A stretch of 26,789 nucleotides of DNA from a virus (lineage: Duplodnaviria > Heunggongvirae > Uroviricota > Caudoviricetes), in the IMG/VR virus record IMGVR_UViG_2568526722_000004, positions 1 to 26,789 of that record. The stretch is one strand, 5' to 3'. Below are positions 9,071-17,344 of the stretch, in pieces. Positions within the stretch are counted from its first letter, which is position 1. Every line of letters begins with the position of its first letter. Below the pieces are notes generated by a model, which was not told where the DNA came from, searched no databases, and saw only the letters and a list, made by a program, of their open reading frames with translations. The position numbers and the translations under genes were made by a program.

Positions 9071-9307
9071 TAAGCGCCTGTATGATTAGACTCCGGGAAA
9101 AACATAAAAGCTATTCATTTAAGAGCTTTATGTCTTCATTCACTTTGTCAATTAAGAAAGATATCCAAACGAATAAAATTTCAATTTATTGAAGGCCATG
9201 TCATGTTTTCTATTTCTACAGTTTAAAAGTTTTATCATAACCTTCTGTTAGAACAGAATTAATTAGCAAAAAAACCCCAAGGGCATGAGGTTTTTTATTT
9301 TCCATTG

Positions 9308-10288
9308 TCATGCTAAAGCTCGAGCTACATTTTCTTTGATCGCAATAGCACAAGGAGTTTTGAACTTTTCTTTGCAACAGTGTAATAGCGTATTAATATT
9401 CAAATCAGTTTCAAGAATATTTTTTAGCTCACTCTTTCTTTCCGAGATTAAGGTTGGTTTATCTTTGCATTGTTTGACTATTAAGGCAGTTTCATTAATA
9501 TTCAATTGCTCTATCAATGATTTTATGACAGGCATGACAACTCTATCAGCTAAAAAATGACCATTGATATATTGATAGGCGTTATCTTCTCTCAATCCTT
9601 TATCATATAACTGCTCATAGAATTTATCAGCATCGTATTCATCTTGAATAAGGTTATCAAGTTTTTCTTCAATAACCGCTTTAGATTGCTGCATACTTTC
9701 AAATACAGCATTTTTGATAACAAATTGGTTCGTTAATCGTGGCACAGAAGGAGCAATCGCTTCATGGAAAACTGAGTCATCAAGTCTAACTTGATGCTGT
9801 TTAAGCAATAAAAATTTCTTCAGCACGGGGTAGATCAACCGTGAATACTCTGTAATGTATGCTGTAAAATCGAATTTAATTTCAGTAGCGATCTTTATTT
9901 GAGAAAGACAATACTCAAGGACTTCATGGTGTAACTCGATGCTCTCTTTTGAATATACAAATGTTTGAAAAATAAACTTGTTACTGCAAATTATCTCTGA
10001 GTCTGTACTGTTTTTAGGGCATAAATAATCAAAATCACTATCCATTGCAAATATGGCATATCGATTTGCTCGGCTCATGAATTTTTTTAATACTGGTTTC
10101 CCTTTTGTTCCTTTATTGGTAGGGTTACAAATATCAAAACGTATATCATTATCTTTATCGTTTAATAAGCCTTCCCAGAAAGAAATGTCTTTTAGACCTT
10201 CAACAAAGACAAAGCCATTGTGTCCAGCCATAATACAATATACCTGAAGATATTCTTCGCTAAAATTAATATCCTCAAACTCAGTCAT
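9308..10288 (-). CDS. ariB: AriB-like DUF4435/Toprim protein (PARIS defense system effector)
   Basis: 326-aa ORF overlapping the upstream ATPase gene by 8 nt; N-terminal Toprim-like features (MAGHNGFVFVEGLKD..., acidic AIFAMDSDFDY); low GC; the pairing with an ABC-type ATPase is the PARIS (AriA/AriB) architecture. Confidence 0.6.
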   Translation of the reverse strand: MTEFEDINFSEEYLQVYCIMAGHNGFVFVEGLKDISFWEGLLNDKDNDIRFDICNPTNKGTKGKPVLKKFMSRANRYAIFAMDSDFDYLCPKNSTDSEIICSNKFIFQTFVYSKESIELHHEVLEYCLSQIKIATEIKFDFTAYITEYSRLIYPVLKKFLLLKQHQVRLDDSVFHEAIAPSVPRLTNQFVIKNAVFESMQQSKAVIEEKLDNLIQDEYDADKFYEQLYDKGLREDNAYQYINGHFLADRVVMPVIKSLIEQLNINETALIVKQCKDKPTLISERKSELKNILETDLNINTLLHCCKEKFKTPCAIAIKENVARALA

Positions 10289-11276
10289 GAGAAGATTCCT
10301 TTGAAATATTTTTTATATCTACGAAAGAATCCATCCAGCCTTTCATTAATATTGCAGGACTATGAGTAACAATAATTAACTGACAATTATCGTTAATTGA
10401 TTTGATGGTGCTTATTAATCTTTCTTGCCACGTAAGGTGCAAGGATATTTCTGGCTCATCCATCAACAAGACAGATTCATCCAATGAAGTATTAGCTGTT
10501 TTAATCAGAATATATAACAACTGACGTTCACCTGATGAAAGAAGATTATACCTAATATCTTCACCAGAATCACTCATCTTAATAGAAATGTTACCATTAC
10601 TAAAAGAAACAACTTTGTTACATTCAGCAAATAAATTATTTATAGCTGATTCCAACTTATCCTTTATGAGAATACCTTTAGACTCACTTACTTTGAAAGT
10701 ATTCTTTAACCTTTCTAATTCACCAGCAATTTCCATATCAAGAATTGTGGTGCGCTCACCATCACTTTTTTTGAATTCATAGATGGAATTGGCACTCATA
10801 TTGATAGTTGATATTAACTCAACATTTATTCGCTTAGTGTTTTTAATATTATCACTTACGCTAACAGTTCCCATCCCGAACTCTTTAATTTCAGTGTCTT
10901 CTTTTTTCGATTCAAGCAACTCAATAAGTTCATTTAACTCCTTTATTTCCTTACCCTTTGATTTACCTTTAATACTGTTTTTCTTAAGGTTATTAAGTAG
11001 GTTTAGAAGCTGGACAGAGTCAATTTCGCGAAAATTAACTTTGTGAGTAATTGTGCCTCCATTGGCCAATGTTATTTGAGCCAACGCAGCATTACTTAAA
11101 CTTTCATTTAATTCTTGTTTTAAGAGGGCAAAAACACTTTGAATTATCGTGCTCTTACCTGAGCCATTTTTACCCACTAAAACATTCACATCTTTTAAAC
11201 TCCAATCAATGTCCTTCCGTTTAAAAAGACCTTTGATTGCTATATTTTTGATTATCGTCGCCACTCTCGTATCCAT
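10281..11276 (-). CDS. ariA: AriA-like ABC/AAA_15-21 ATPase (PARIS defense system sensor)
   Basis: 331-aa ORF; Walker A GKNGSGKST, signature-like LSSGERQLL, Walker B LLMDEPE, H-loop IIVTHS; low GC. Confidence 0.65.
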   Translation of the reverse strand: MDTRVATIIKNIAIKGLFKRKDIDWSLKDVNVLVGKNGSGKSTIIQSVFALLKQELNESLSNAALAQITLANGGTITHKVNFREIDSVQLLNLLNNLKKNSIKGKSKGKEIKELNELIELLESKKEDTEIKEFGMGTVSVSDNIKNTKRINVELISTINMSANSIYEFKKSDGERTTILDMEIAGELERLKNTFKVSESKGILIKDKLESAINNLFAECNKVVSFSNGNISIKMSDSGEDIRYNLLSSGERQLLYILIKTANTSLDESVLLMDEPEISLHLTWQERLISTIKSINDNCQLIIVTHSPAILMKGWMDSFVDIKNISKESSHD

Positions 11277-11653
11277 TATTATGAAAGTTGAAATGATTAT
11301 AACATGCTTAGCGTGCGCTTGGCATCTACCCTACAGTTGTTAGCAATAAACTTTATAACACAATGTAACACATTGAATTTAAACACTTAATATCAAATCC
11401 AACGCTAAACATCACGGAACCTGAAAGACTCTTGGCATTCTAGTTAGTACCTACTACGAAACGTTTTGAAAGGTTAAAGTGGACAGTCCGCATCAACTGT
11501 AACTTAAAATGCTCAGTAACGATGCATCTGCATGATTTGCAAAGTATGACAGAACTTCATTTGATGCTTTCACAAATGCGTGCCTGAAGTTTTCTAAAGC
11601 GGCGCGGTTAACTCTTTCTGGCTCAAAACCTTAATAAATCTGTATATCGCGGG

Positions 11654-11880
11654 TTGACACACTTGACACTTTTTCGGGAAAAACCTTAACAAAACTTAAC
11701 CTCCCCTGGCATTTCTAAGCATGGCAACTTGACACTTTTCGCGATTTTTTCGGCTTTTTGACGTGGTAAATCTGGCGAAAGGCCAGTAATGGCGCGGCTT
11801 ACAGCGAGGTTGACACTTTTTCGCGTTCAGAGTGTAAAGTGTCAACCTGGCAAGCTGCTCAACTTGACACTTTTTGATGT
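11654..11880. repeat. Array of TTGACAC(T)TTTT direct repeats plus one inverted copy
   Basis: GTTGACACACTTGACACTTTTTCGGG (~11654-11680), AACTTGACACTTTTCGCG (~11727), GGTTGACACTTTTTCGCG (~11808), inverted AGTGTAAAGTGTCAACC (~11831), AACTTGACACTTTTTGATG (~11862); immediately 3' of the 175-aa HTH gene. Confidence 0.55.
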
Positions 11881-12407
11881 CATTGATGGTCTGATTTTTC
11901 CCATTCAGCTAGGGCGTTTAGCCCGGCTTCACTCCATGATTCCAGTTCATCGGCATAATCACCTGCAACATAGCAGAGTTCGCAACGCAGCATACGAATT
12001 GCCAGCCTGGCATTACCTCGCAAATTGTATTTTTCAAAGTAATGCTGCCCTTCATCATCCTCAAGGCAGATAGCACCATCATCAAGAAAGTGCACTTCCC
12101 AGCCTAATTCCCCGGCTGCATCCAGCACACGCTGCTGTATGCCCTCGTCCGTTGCTGGCGCAGGAATTTTACCGCCTCTGGCCTTAACTGCTTTCCAGAA
12201 CTCGCCCCACGTCATTTCCAGCGTTCTTTCTGGCCACATTTCAGAAATGGTGTCTTTCCCCTGTGCTGGTGGGCTGTTCCGCTGCTCTGTCGCTTCCACA
12301 TCAATTTTTTTGCCAGACATGATCACTTCGCCTTTCTCGATCCAGTCGTAAACTGTCTGGCGGCTTACGCCTTTGTATTTGGCGTATTCGGCTTTACTCA
12401 TCAACAT
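11880..12407 (-). CDS. HTH-domain protein with terminase-small-subunit (Nu1)-like N-terminus; possible packaging or regulatory role
   Basis: 175-aa protein from the ATG at 12407 (GAGGTGA RBS 5 nt upstream); N-terminal MLMSKAEYAKYKGVSRQTVYDWIEKGEV resembles the winged-HTH of small terminase/Nu1-type proteins; the track's longer 202-aa form is an unlikely N-terminal extension. Confidence 0.5.
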   Translation of the reverse strand: MLMSKAEYAKYKGVSRQTVYDWIEKGEVIMSGKKIDVEATEQRNSPPAQGKDTISEMWPERTLEMTWGEFWKAVKARGGKIPAPATDEGIQQRVLDAAGELGWEVHFLDDGAICLEDDEGQHYFEKYNLRGNARLAIRMLRCELCYVAGDYADELESWSEAGLNALAEWEKSDHQ

Positions 12408-12506
12408 GTAGCTCACCTCATGCATATACGATAAAAAATAATTTAATGCGAAAAGGGAATGCGTTGTGGGTATGGAGGAAAGGGGCAATAACCGCCCCTT
12501 ACTGAT

Positions 12507-12779
12507 TCAGTTGCGCCAGGATGGCTGGCTAAGCGTGGTTTTCATTACATCATTGACGACCTGCTTTACGATTTCTGTGTTGGCAGTCGTGCTTTCAACA
12601 TCAACAAAGCCATAATCGCCAATTTCCACCGTCAGGGATTCCAGTTTCTTCCCCAGTGCATCAGGCAACTCTCCACTGAACCGGTGCCGAAGATTTTCCA
12701 CCAGCAAAGCCCTGAATGCCTCGCTGTTCTCTTTTTTCTGCCATAGCTGGCGTTTATCCACTCTGATATTTAATTTCAC
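12507..12779 (-). CDS. Hypothetical protein (90 aa)
   Basis: GTG start at 12779 overlapping the upstream stop (GTGA) and preceded by GAGGTGAGG; second gene of a three-gene operon. Confidence 0.45.
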   Translation of the reverse strand: MKLNIRVDKRQLWQKKENSEAFRALLVENLRHRFSGELPDALGKKLESLTVEIGDYGFVDVESTTANTEIVKQVVNDVMKTTLSQPSWRN

Positions 12780-12943
12780 AGCCTCACCTCTTTAAGTGCC
12801 TTATCCATCAGTTGCCGGGCAATAACATGAATCGACGGTGCCACACCAAGCACAGATTTCTGACGCTTTTCGGCCTGGATACGTTGCAGGGCTTCGATCT
12901 GCCCCCGGGAAAGTAAAACTGGCTTTACTCCGTGATTTTTCAT
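12776..12943 (-). CDS. Small putative DNA-binding protein (55 aa)
   Basis: ATG at 12943 with AAGGGA RBS; MKNHGVKPVLLSRGQIEALQRIQAEKRQKSVLGVAPSIHVIARQLMDKALKEVRL; palindromic operators lie just upstream; the track ORF 12776..13099 has a junk-like N-terminal extension. Confidence 0.45.
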   Translation of the reverse strand: MKNHGVKPVLLSRGQIEALQRIQAEKRQKSVLGVAPSIHVIARQLMDKALKEVRL

Positions 12944-12962
12944 GATGATCCCTTCTGAATGA

Positions 12963-13019
12963 CAATAATTGCAATTATTGCACAAATTGAAATAATACCA
13001 TCGATAATTGCAATAAATG
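12963..13019. promoter_or_regulatory. Palindromic operator candidates upstream of the 55-aa gene
   Basis: Perfect 18-bp palindrome CAATAATTGCAATTATTG (12963-12980) and related GATAATTGCAATAAATG (13003-13019) in an AT-rich region 20-80 bp upstream of the start at 12943. Confidence 0.5.
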
Positions 13020-13221
13020 AAACAAAAAGCATCAATAAACCAACCTTCGGCACTAAATGCTCTGATTTTTCTGCAAAGGTATGGCAGATGTTGCTGCATG
13101 CAAACATAAAGGAAATAGCAGAAGAAACAGCGGGGAGTGAAAAGGGGAAGTTTTTATAAATACACGATTGTCGCCTCACTGCAGGTTAACAGCCACAAAC
13201 CCCATGATAATAACTTGTTAA

Positions 13222-13545
13222 TTATTTCATCAGATTTTTCATTATTTGCGCGATTGAGTACACAAGCAAAAACTCGGCAGCCGCAAGAGTATAAAAAACA
13301 TAGATTCGCTTAGCCCACCGACGATGAAAGAACTCCTCAGCATGGCCGAATGTTCGAGATACAAGCCATGCACCTACTGCACACAGAGCAGGTGCAATGA
13401 GCACAGTTATAAACCAGATTGTGATGCCCATCCCATGCCTACTGATAATAGCCATTGGTATTGCAAAAATGAATGTTAGAGCAGCATTAGCTAATAGAAT
13501 ATCTTTTAAAGTATTTTCAATTAGTTTTTCTAGATTATCTTTCAT
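13222..13545 (-). CDS. Small integral membrane protein (about 3 TM helices)
   Basis: 107-aa ORF with hydrophobic segments (LLANAALTFIFAIPMAIISR, ITIWFITVLIAPALCAVGAWLV, IYVFYTLAAAEFLLVYSIAQI); AT-rich; directly downstream of the lipoprotein gene. Confidence 0.55.
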   Translation of the reverse strand: MKDNLEKLIENTLKDILLANAALTFIFAIPMAIISRHGMGITIWFITVLIAPALCAVGAWLVSRTFGHAEEFFHRRWAKRIYVFYTLAAAEFLLVYSIAQIMKNLMK

Positions 13546-13570
13546 CTAATCCCCCCCGTTGAACATTAAT

Positions 13571-13595
13571 ATATAAAAGCCCCTTACTAAGGGGC
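13571..13595 (-). terminator. Intergenic stem-loop with U-run between the lipoprotein and membrane-protein genes (terminator or attenuator)
   Basis: On the minus strand GCCCCT-UAGUA-AGGGGC followed by UUUUAUAUAUU; lies in the 64-bp gap between the two genes. Confidence 0.5.
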
Positions 13596-13609
13596 TTTGC
13601 ACGGATTGT

Positions 13610-14752
13610 TTAAAGGGAACTTTTTTTCGCCCCTTCAATTTCTTCCTGACAAATTTCGTCATTTGTAAATGAGTACTGCAGATAGACATATCCCTGAGTG
13701 GAATTGTTCGCTCTGGCCTCAATAGAGATAGTATCGATATTGTTTTTTAATGGTATTTCTTTTGTTCCCTTCCATGTGGCAGATAAGAAGCGTTCTTTTT
13801 TGTTTAGCCCCCTCATCCAGTCCTGAGGATCTTTCCAAATTGAACCAGCCAGCAAAAAGTCTGTAGTATCAGCCTTTCCATACAGAGAACTTAAAGAATT
13901 ACTCAATTCTTCAAACTTGGATTTAAGAGCCAATCCATAGCTATCAGTATCAATATTTTTTCCTAAAGCCCGTATTTGACATAAACCAGCTTTCGGGGAG
14001 ATCAACAAACCATACATTTCAAAATCTGCGTTTTGCTTCGGTAATTTATCAGAAGTATACAGATTCACACTGTCTGGTAGTGGCTTGAGCTTAGCACCGA
14101 TCATATCTTCGATGTTTTTCTGTGTAAGACCGGCTTCTAAGCCAAACGGACCATCCGCTGGCGGGAGTAAAGGAAGTTGCCCTTGGGAATTTTTGGCTGT
14201 TACTTCCGTTTCAGTACTGTTTTTTGCGTCATTATCTTGTACTGATGCCAGCTTAACTTCAGCGAGGCCATACTTGGCTGTGAGGTACTTTTGCTGCAAC
14301 ATTGCCATGGTCTGCTCTTCAGTGGCAACAGTAGATAATTTTAGTACCTTTATCAGACCACCACTATACTGACGAGCATCAGCTTTGGCTTCGTTGATTT
14401 TTGCATCTAAGCTGTCAATTTCAGTTTTAATTGAAGCCGCAAGCTCAGGATCAGGTTTTACTCCAGATACAACAACATCAATTTTGGCACCTGATTCAAT
14501 AGCATTAATACGCTGTTCCAAAAGCGCTTTATTAGTTCCTAATATTTCCAGTCTTGCTGTTGTCAGATTTTTTATCAACCCACCAGAAAACTGCTGGTCA
14601 ACTTCCTTAGCTGCTGATATTTCACCTTCCGTTTGCGACAGTTCAGCTTTAAGAGCCGCTACTTCCTGTTTCTGTTCTGGAGTTAACTCTTCTGGCCCAC
14701 ATCCGGTTAACATTACTATACCGACTAATGTTGCAATTAAAGTTTTATTCAT
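13610..14752 (-). CDS. Lipoprotein with internal tandem repeat, unknown function
   Basis: 380-aa ORF; signal peptide with lipobox (MNKTLIATLVGIVMLTGCG); two related ~55-aa repeats (…QQFSGGLIKNLTTARLEILGT… and …RQYSGGLIKVLKLSTVATEEQ…); AT-rich. Confidence 0.6.
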   Translation of the reverse strand: MNKTLIATLVGIVMLTGCGPEELTPEQKQEVAALKAELSQTEGEISAAKEVDQQFSGGLIKNLTTARLEILGTNKALLEQRINAIESGAKIDVVVSGVKPDPELAASIKTEIDSLDAKINEAKADARQYSGGLIKVLKLSTVATEEQTMAMLQQKYLTAKYGLAEVKLASVQDNDAKNSTETEVTAKNSQGQLPLLPPADGPFGLEAGLTQKNIEDMIGAKLKPLPDSVNLYTSDKLPKQNADFEMYGLLISPKAGLCQIRALGKNIDTDSYGLALKSKFEELSNSLSSLYGKADTTDFLLAGSIWKDPQDWMRGLNKKERFLSATWKGTKEIPLKNNIDTISIEARANNSTQGYVYLQYSFTNDEICQEEIEGAKKSSL

Positions 14753-14929
14753 ATCCCTATTCCAAATGAAAATATTCAGATTAATCTTATCAGGAACCCA
14801 GATGCAATTGAATATTCATCTGCTCAGCAACGTAGTAGATTTCCTCAGAAAGCATCAACAAAAAACCAAGAGAATCCCATCCTCTGTTACTGACTACAAT
14901 TGTTCTTTTTTTGGTATTTCCTGAATGCC

Positions 14930-15175
14930 TCACCATTGAGCTGATGTAATCCCATCCCGGCATGTGCCCGGCTGATGGTTTCGCGCATCTCCCCCGAAAT
15001 TATCCTGCCTTGCTGGTGGGCGTGCTGCCTTGTGGATACATTCCGCGCGACGTTTTGCCGCCTGTTCCCGTGCCTTGTCATCATTCGCCAGCATGATGAC
15101 CTCAGCCCACCGCGCCGCCGCTCTCCGGTACAGACCACGCGCTTCCAGTGCTTCCGCTTTGCTGTCGTGAATCAT
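14930..15175 (-). CDS. PerC-family transcriptional regulator-like protein
   Basis: 81-aa ORF with ATGA overlap to the upstream gene; MIHDSKAEALEARGLYRRAAARWAEVIM... resembles PerC/Pch-type proteins. Confidence 0.5.
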   Translation of the reverse strand: MIHDSKAEALEARGLYRRAAARWAEVIMLANDDKAREQAAKRRAECIHKAARPPARQDNFGGDARNHQPGTCRDGITSAQW

Positions 15176-15684
15176 GCGCCTATTGTCTCCTTTGCTGCCC
15201 GGCGCTGGCGTTTGCGCTTCTCATTCAGCGCCACCAGCCGCGTTTCTGCGTCCTGTTGTTCCTGTGGTGTCACCTCGCCGCACGGCTGGCCTTTCAGGTC
15301 GTAGCGTACCCCACCAGCCATTAAGGCGCGGTAATAGTGCGGACACTGCGCATAAGATGCCAGCGTCGCACGCAATGCCCCTGGCCCGAATGCCAGCCCC
15401 CTGACGGCGAGATCCTGCATCAGGTCGTCGAATATCCCCACCTTAAGCGGCTTCGGTGCTTCCCGGCTGAATAAGTCAGGCCACAACTCAGTGAGGCGGT
15501 TAACGCGCCTGCGGTTTTTGCGCTGGCGTTTGGTCATATGCCGCCACGGTGTCGCCCCTGTGGGCTTTTGCTGCGCTTTCTGGTTACCGGGCATCACTTT
15601 ATGCGCCGATGTGGTTTTATGATCTTACCCAGCAATAGTGGACACGCGGCTAAGTGAGTAAACTCTCAGTCAGAGGTGACTCAC

Positions 15685-15984
15685 ATGACAAAAACAGTAT
15701 CAACCAGTAAAAAACCCCGTAAACAGCATTCGCCTGAATTTCGCAGTGAAGCCCTGAAGCTTGCTGAACGCATCGGTGTTACTGCCGCAGCCCGTGAACT
15801 CAGCCTGTATGAATCACAACTCTACAACTGGCGCAGTAAACAGCAAAATCAGCAGACGTCTTCTGAACGTGAACTGGAGATGTCTACCGAGATTGCACGT
15901 CTCAAACGCCAGCTGGCAGAACGGGATGAAGAGCTGGCTATCCTCCAAAAGGCCGCGACATACTTCGCGAAGCGCCTGAAATGA
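15685..15984 (+). CDS. insE: IS3 transposase OrfA (InsE)
   Basis: 99-aa product [32 protein letters not shown]... with AGGTGA RBS; matches IS3 InsE from memory. Confidence 0.9.
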
Positions 15985-16847
15985 AGTATGTCTTTATTGA
16001 AAAACATCAGGCTGAGTTCAGCATCAAAGCAATGTGCCGCGTGCTCCGGGTGGCCCGCAGCGGCTGGTATACGTGGTGTCAGCGGCGGACAAGGATAAGC
16101 ACGCGTCAGCAGTTCCGCCAACACTGCGACAGCGTTGTCCTCGCGGCTTTTACCCGGTCAAAACAGCGTTACGGTGCCCCACGCCTGACGGATGAACTGC
16201 GTGCTCAGGGTTACCCCTTTAACGTAAAAACCGTGGCGGCAAGCCTGCGCCGTCAGGGACTGAGGGCAAAGGCCTCCCGGAAGTTCAGCCCGGTCAGCTA
16301 CCGCGCACACGGCCTGCCTGTGTCAGAAAATCTGTTGGAGCAGGATTTTTACGCCAGTGGCCCGAACCAGAAGTGGGCAGGAGACATCACGTACTTACGT
16401 ACAGATGAAGGCTGGCTGTATCTGGCAGTGGTCATTGACCTGTGGTCACGTGCCGTTATTGGCTGGTCAATGTCGCCACGCATGACGGCGCAACTGGCCT
16501 GCGATGCCCTGCAGATGGCGCTGTGGCGGCGTAAGAGGCCCCGGAACGTTATCGTTCACACGGACCGTGGAGGCCAGTACTGTTCAGCAGATTATCAGGC
16601 GCAACTGAAGCGGCATAATCTGCGTGGAAGTATGAGCGCAAAAGGTTGCTGCTACGATAATGCCTGCGTGGAAAGCTTCTTTCATTCGCTGAAAGTGGAA
16701 TGTATCCATGGAGAACACTTTATCAGCCGGGAAATAATGCGGGCAACGGTGTTTAATTATATCGAATGTGATTACAATCGGTGGCGGCGGCACAGTTGGT
16801 GTGGCGGCCTCAGTCCGGAACAATTTGAAAACAAGAACCTCGCTTAG
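15981..16847 (+). CDS. insF: IS3 transposase OrfB (InsF), DDE catalytic domain; expressed as OrfAB by -1 frameshift
   Basis: 288-aa ORF overlapping the orfA stop (ATGA); DDE-type integrase core (…HTDRGGQY…, …[11 protein letters not shown]…). Confidence 0.9.
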
Positions 16848-16982
16848 GCCTGTGTCCATATTACGTGGGTAGGATCATTATCCTGCTCCTGCGCCGCCTG
16901 CGTCGTTTTCTGCGGCGTGCCGTAAATGCCTTTCGGTTTTCTGTTAATGGTCAGCTTAGTCATGCTTTGCCCCATCGTTACA

Positions 16983-17316
16983 ACTGTCTACCAACTGTCT
17001 ACCGATATAATTGTTTGATTTATTTAATGTTATTAATACATAACAAAAAAACAATCTGCAAACTGTCTACCAACTCTCTACAGTATTAATACATTGATAA
17101 TTAATGACTTTTACTAAATGGTAGACAGTGTAGATAGTTAAAAGAAAAATTTTAAAAATGAACCCATAACTATCTATTTTTAGATACCCCCGTGGTTTAG
17201 AAATATAAAATAAACTGTCCACCTCTCTACCACATTAAAAATACCTATATAATTCAAAACATTAATTAGTAGATGGTTGGTAGAGGGTTAAGTGTATCTG
17301 TCTACCAACCGTCTAC
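16983..17316. repeat. Iteron-like repeat array in AT-rich DNA downstream of the primase gene (candidate replication origin)
   Basis: CTGTCTACCAACTGTCTACC (16983-17002), CTGTCTACCAACTCTCTAC (17063-17081), inverted GGTAGACAGTGTAGATAG (~17120), CTGTCCACCTCTCTACCAC (~17215), inverted GGTTGGTAGAGGG (~17276), CTGTCTACCAACCGTCTAC (17298-17316). Confidence 0.6.
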
Positions 17317-17344
17317 TTTTAAGTTTCAACTTATAAATTTCGTA

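Larger units (their letters stand above)
15620..16877 (+). mobile_element. IS3 insertion sequence, complete (1258 bp) with 3-bp target duplication TTA
   Basis: Left end TGATCTTACCCAGCAATAGTGGACAC..., right end ...GTGTCCATATTACGTGGGTAGGATCA; flanked by TTA at 15617-15619 and 16878-16880; contains orfA/orfB with a slippery A-AAA-G region near 15944. Confidence 0.9.
15172..16963 (-). pseudogene. ProQ/FinO-family RNA-binding protein gene disrupted by IS3 insertion
   Basis: Codons 1-28 (MTKLTINRKPKGIYGTPQKTTQAAQEQD, 16963-16880) and the remainder (15619-15172) are in one frame once IS3 and one TTA copy are removed (~176 aa restored); LTELWPDLFSREAPKPLKVGIFDDL...YDLKGQPCGEV aligns with the ProQ N-terminal FinO domain from memory. 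Confidence 0.6.

Noticed and set aside
11654-11880. Possible CRISPR array
   Set aside because: Repeats are short, partly inverted and irregularly spaced, with no spacer-like unique units of uniform length and no cas genes.
12940-13179. ORFs 12940..13179 (-) and 12959..13159 (+)
   Set aside because: Fall in an AT-rich palindromic operator region; translations are Ile/Asn-rich and lack start-codon context.
14085-14924. + strand ORFs 14085..14372 and 14385..14924
   Set aside because: Antisense to the lipoprotein gene; Ser/Ala-rich low-complexity translations.
14887-15138. 83-aa minus-strand ORF
   Set aside because: Overlaps the PerC-like gene in another frame; Arg/Gly-rich translation; the PerC-like frame has the coupled ATGA start.
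16865-17089. 74-aa + strand ORF
   Set aside because: Lies across the IS3 flank, the N-terminal fragment of the disrupted gene and the iteron array; repeat-driven, not coding.
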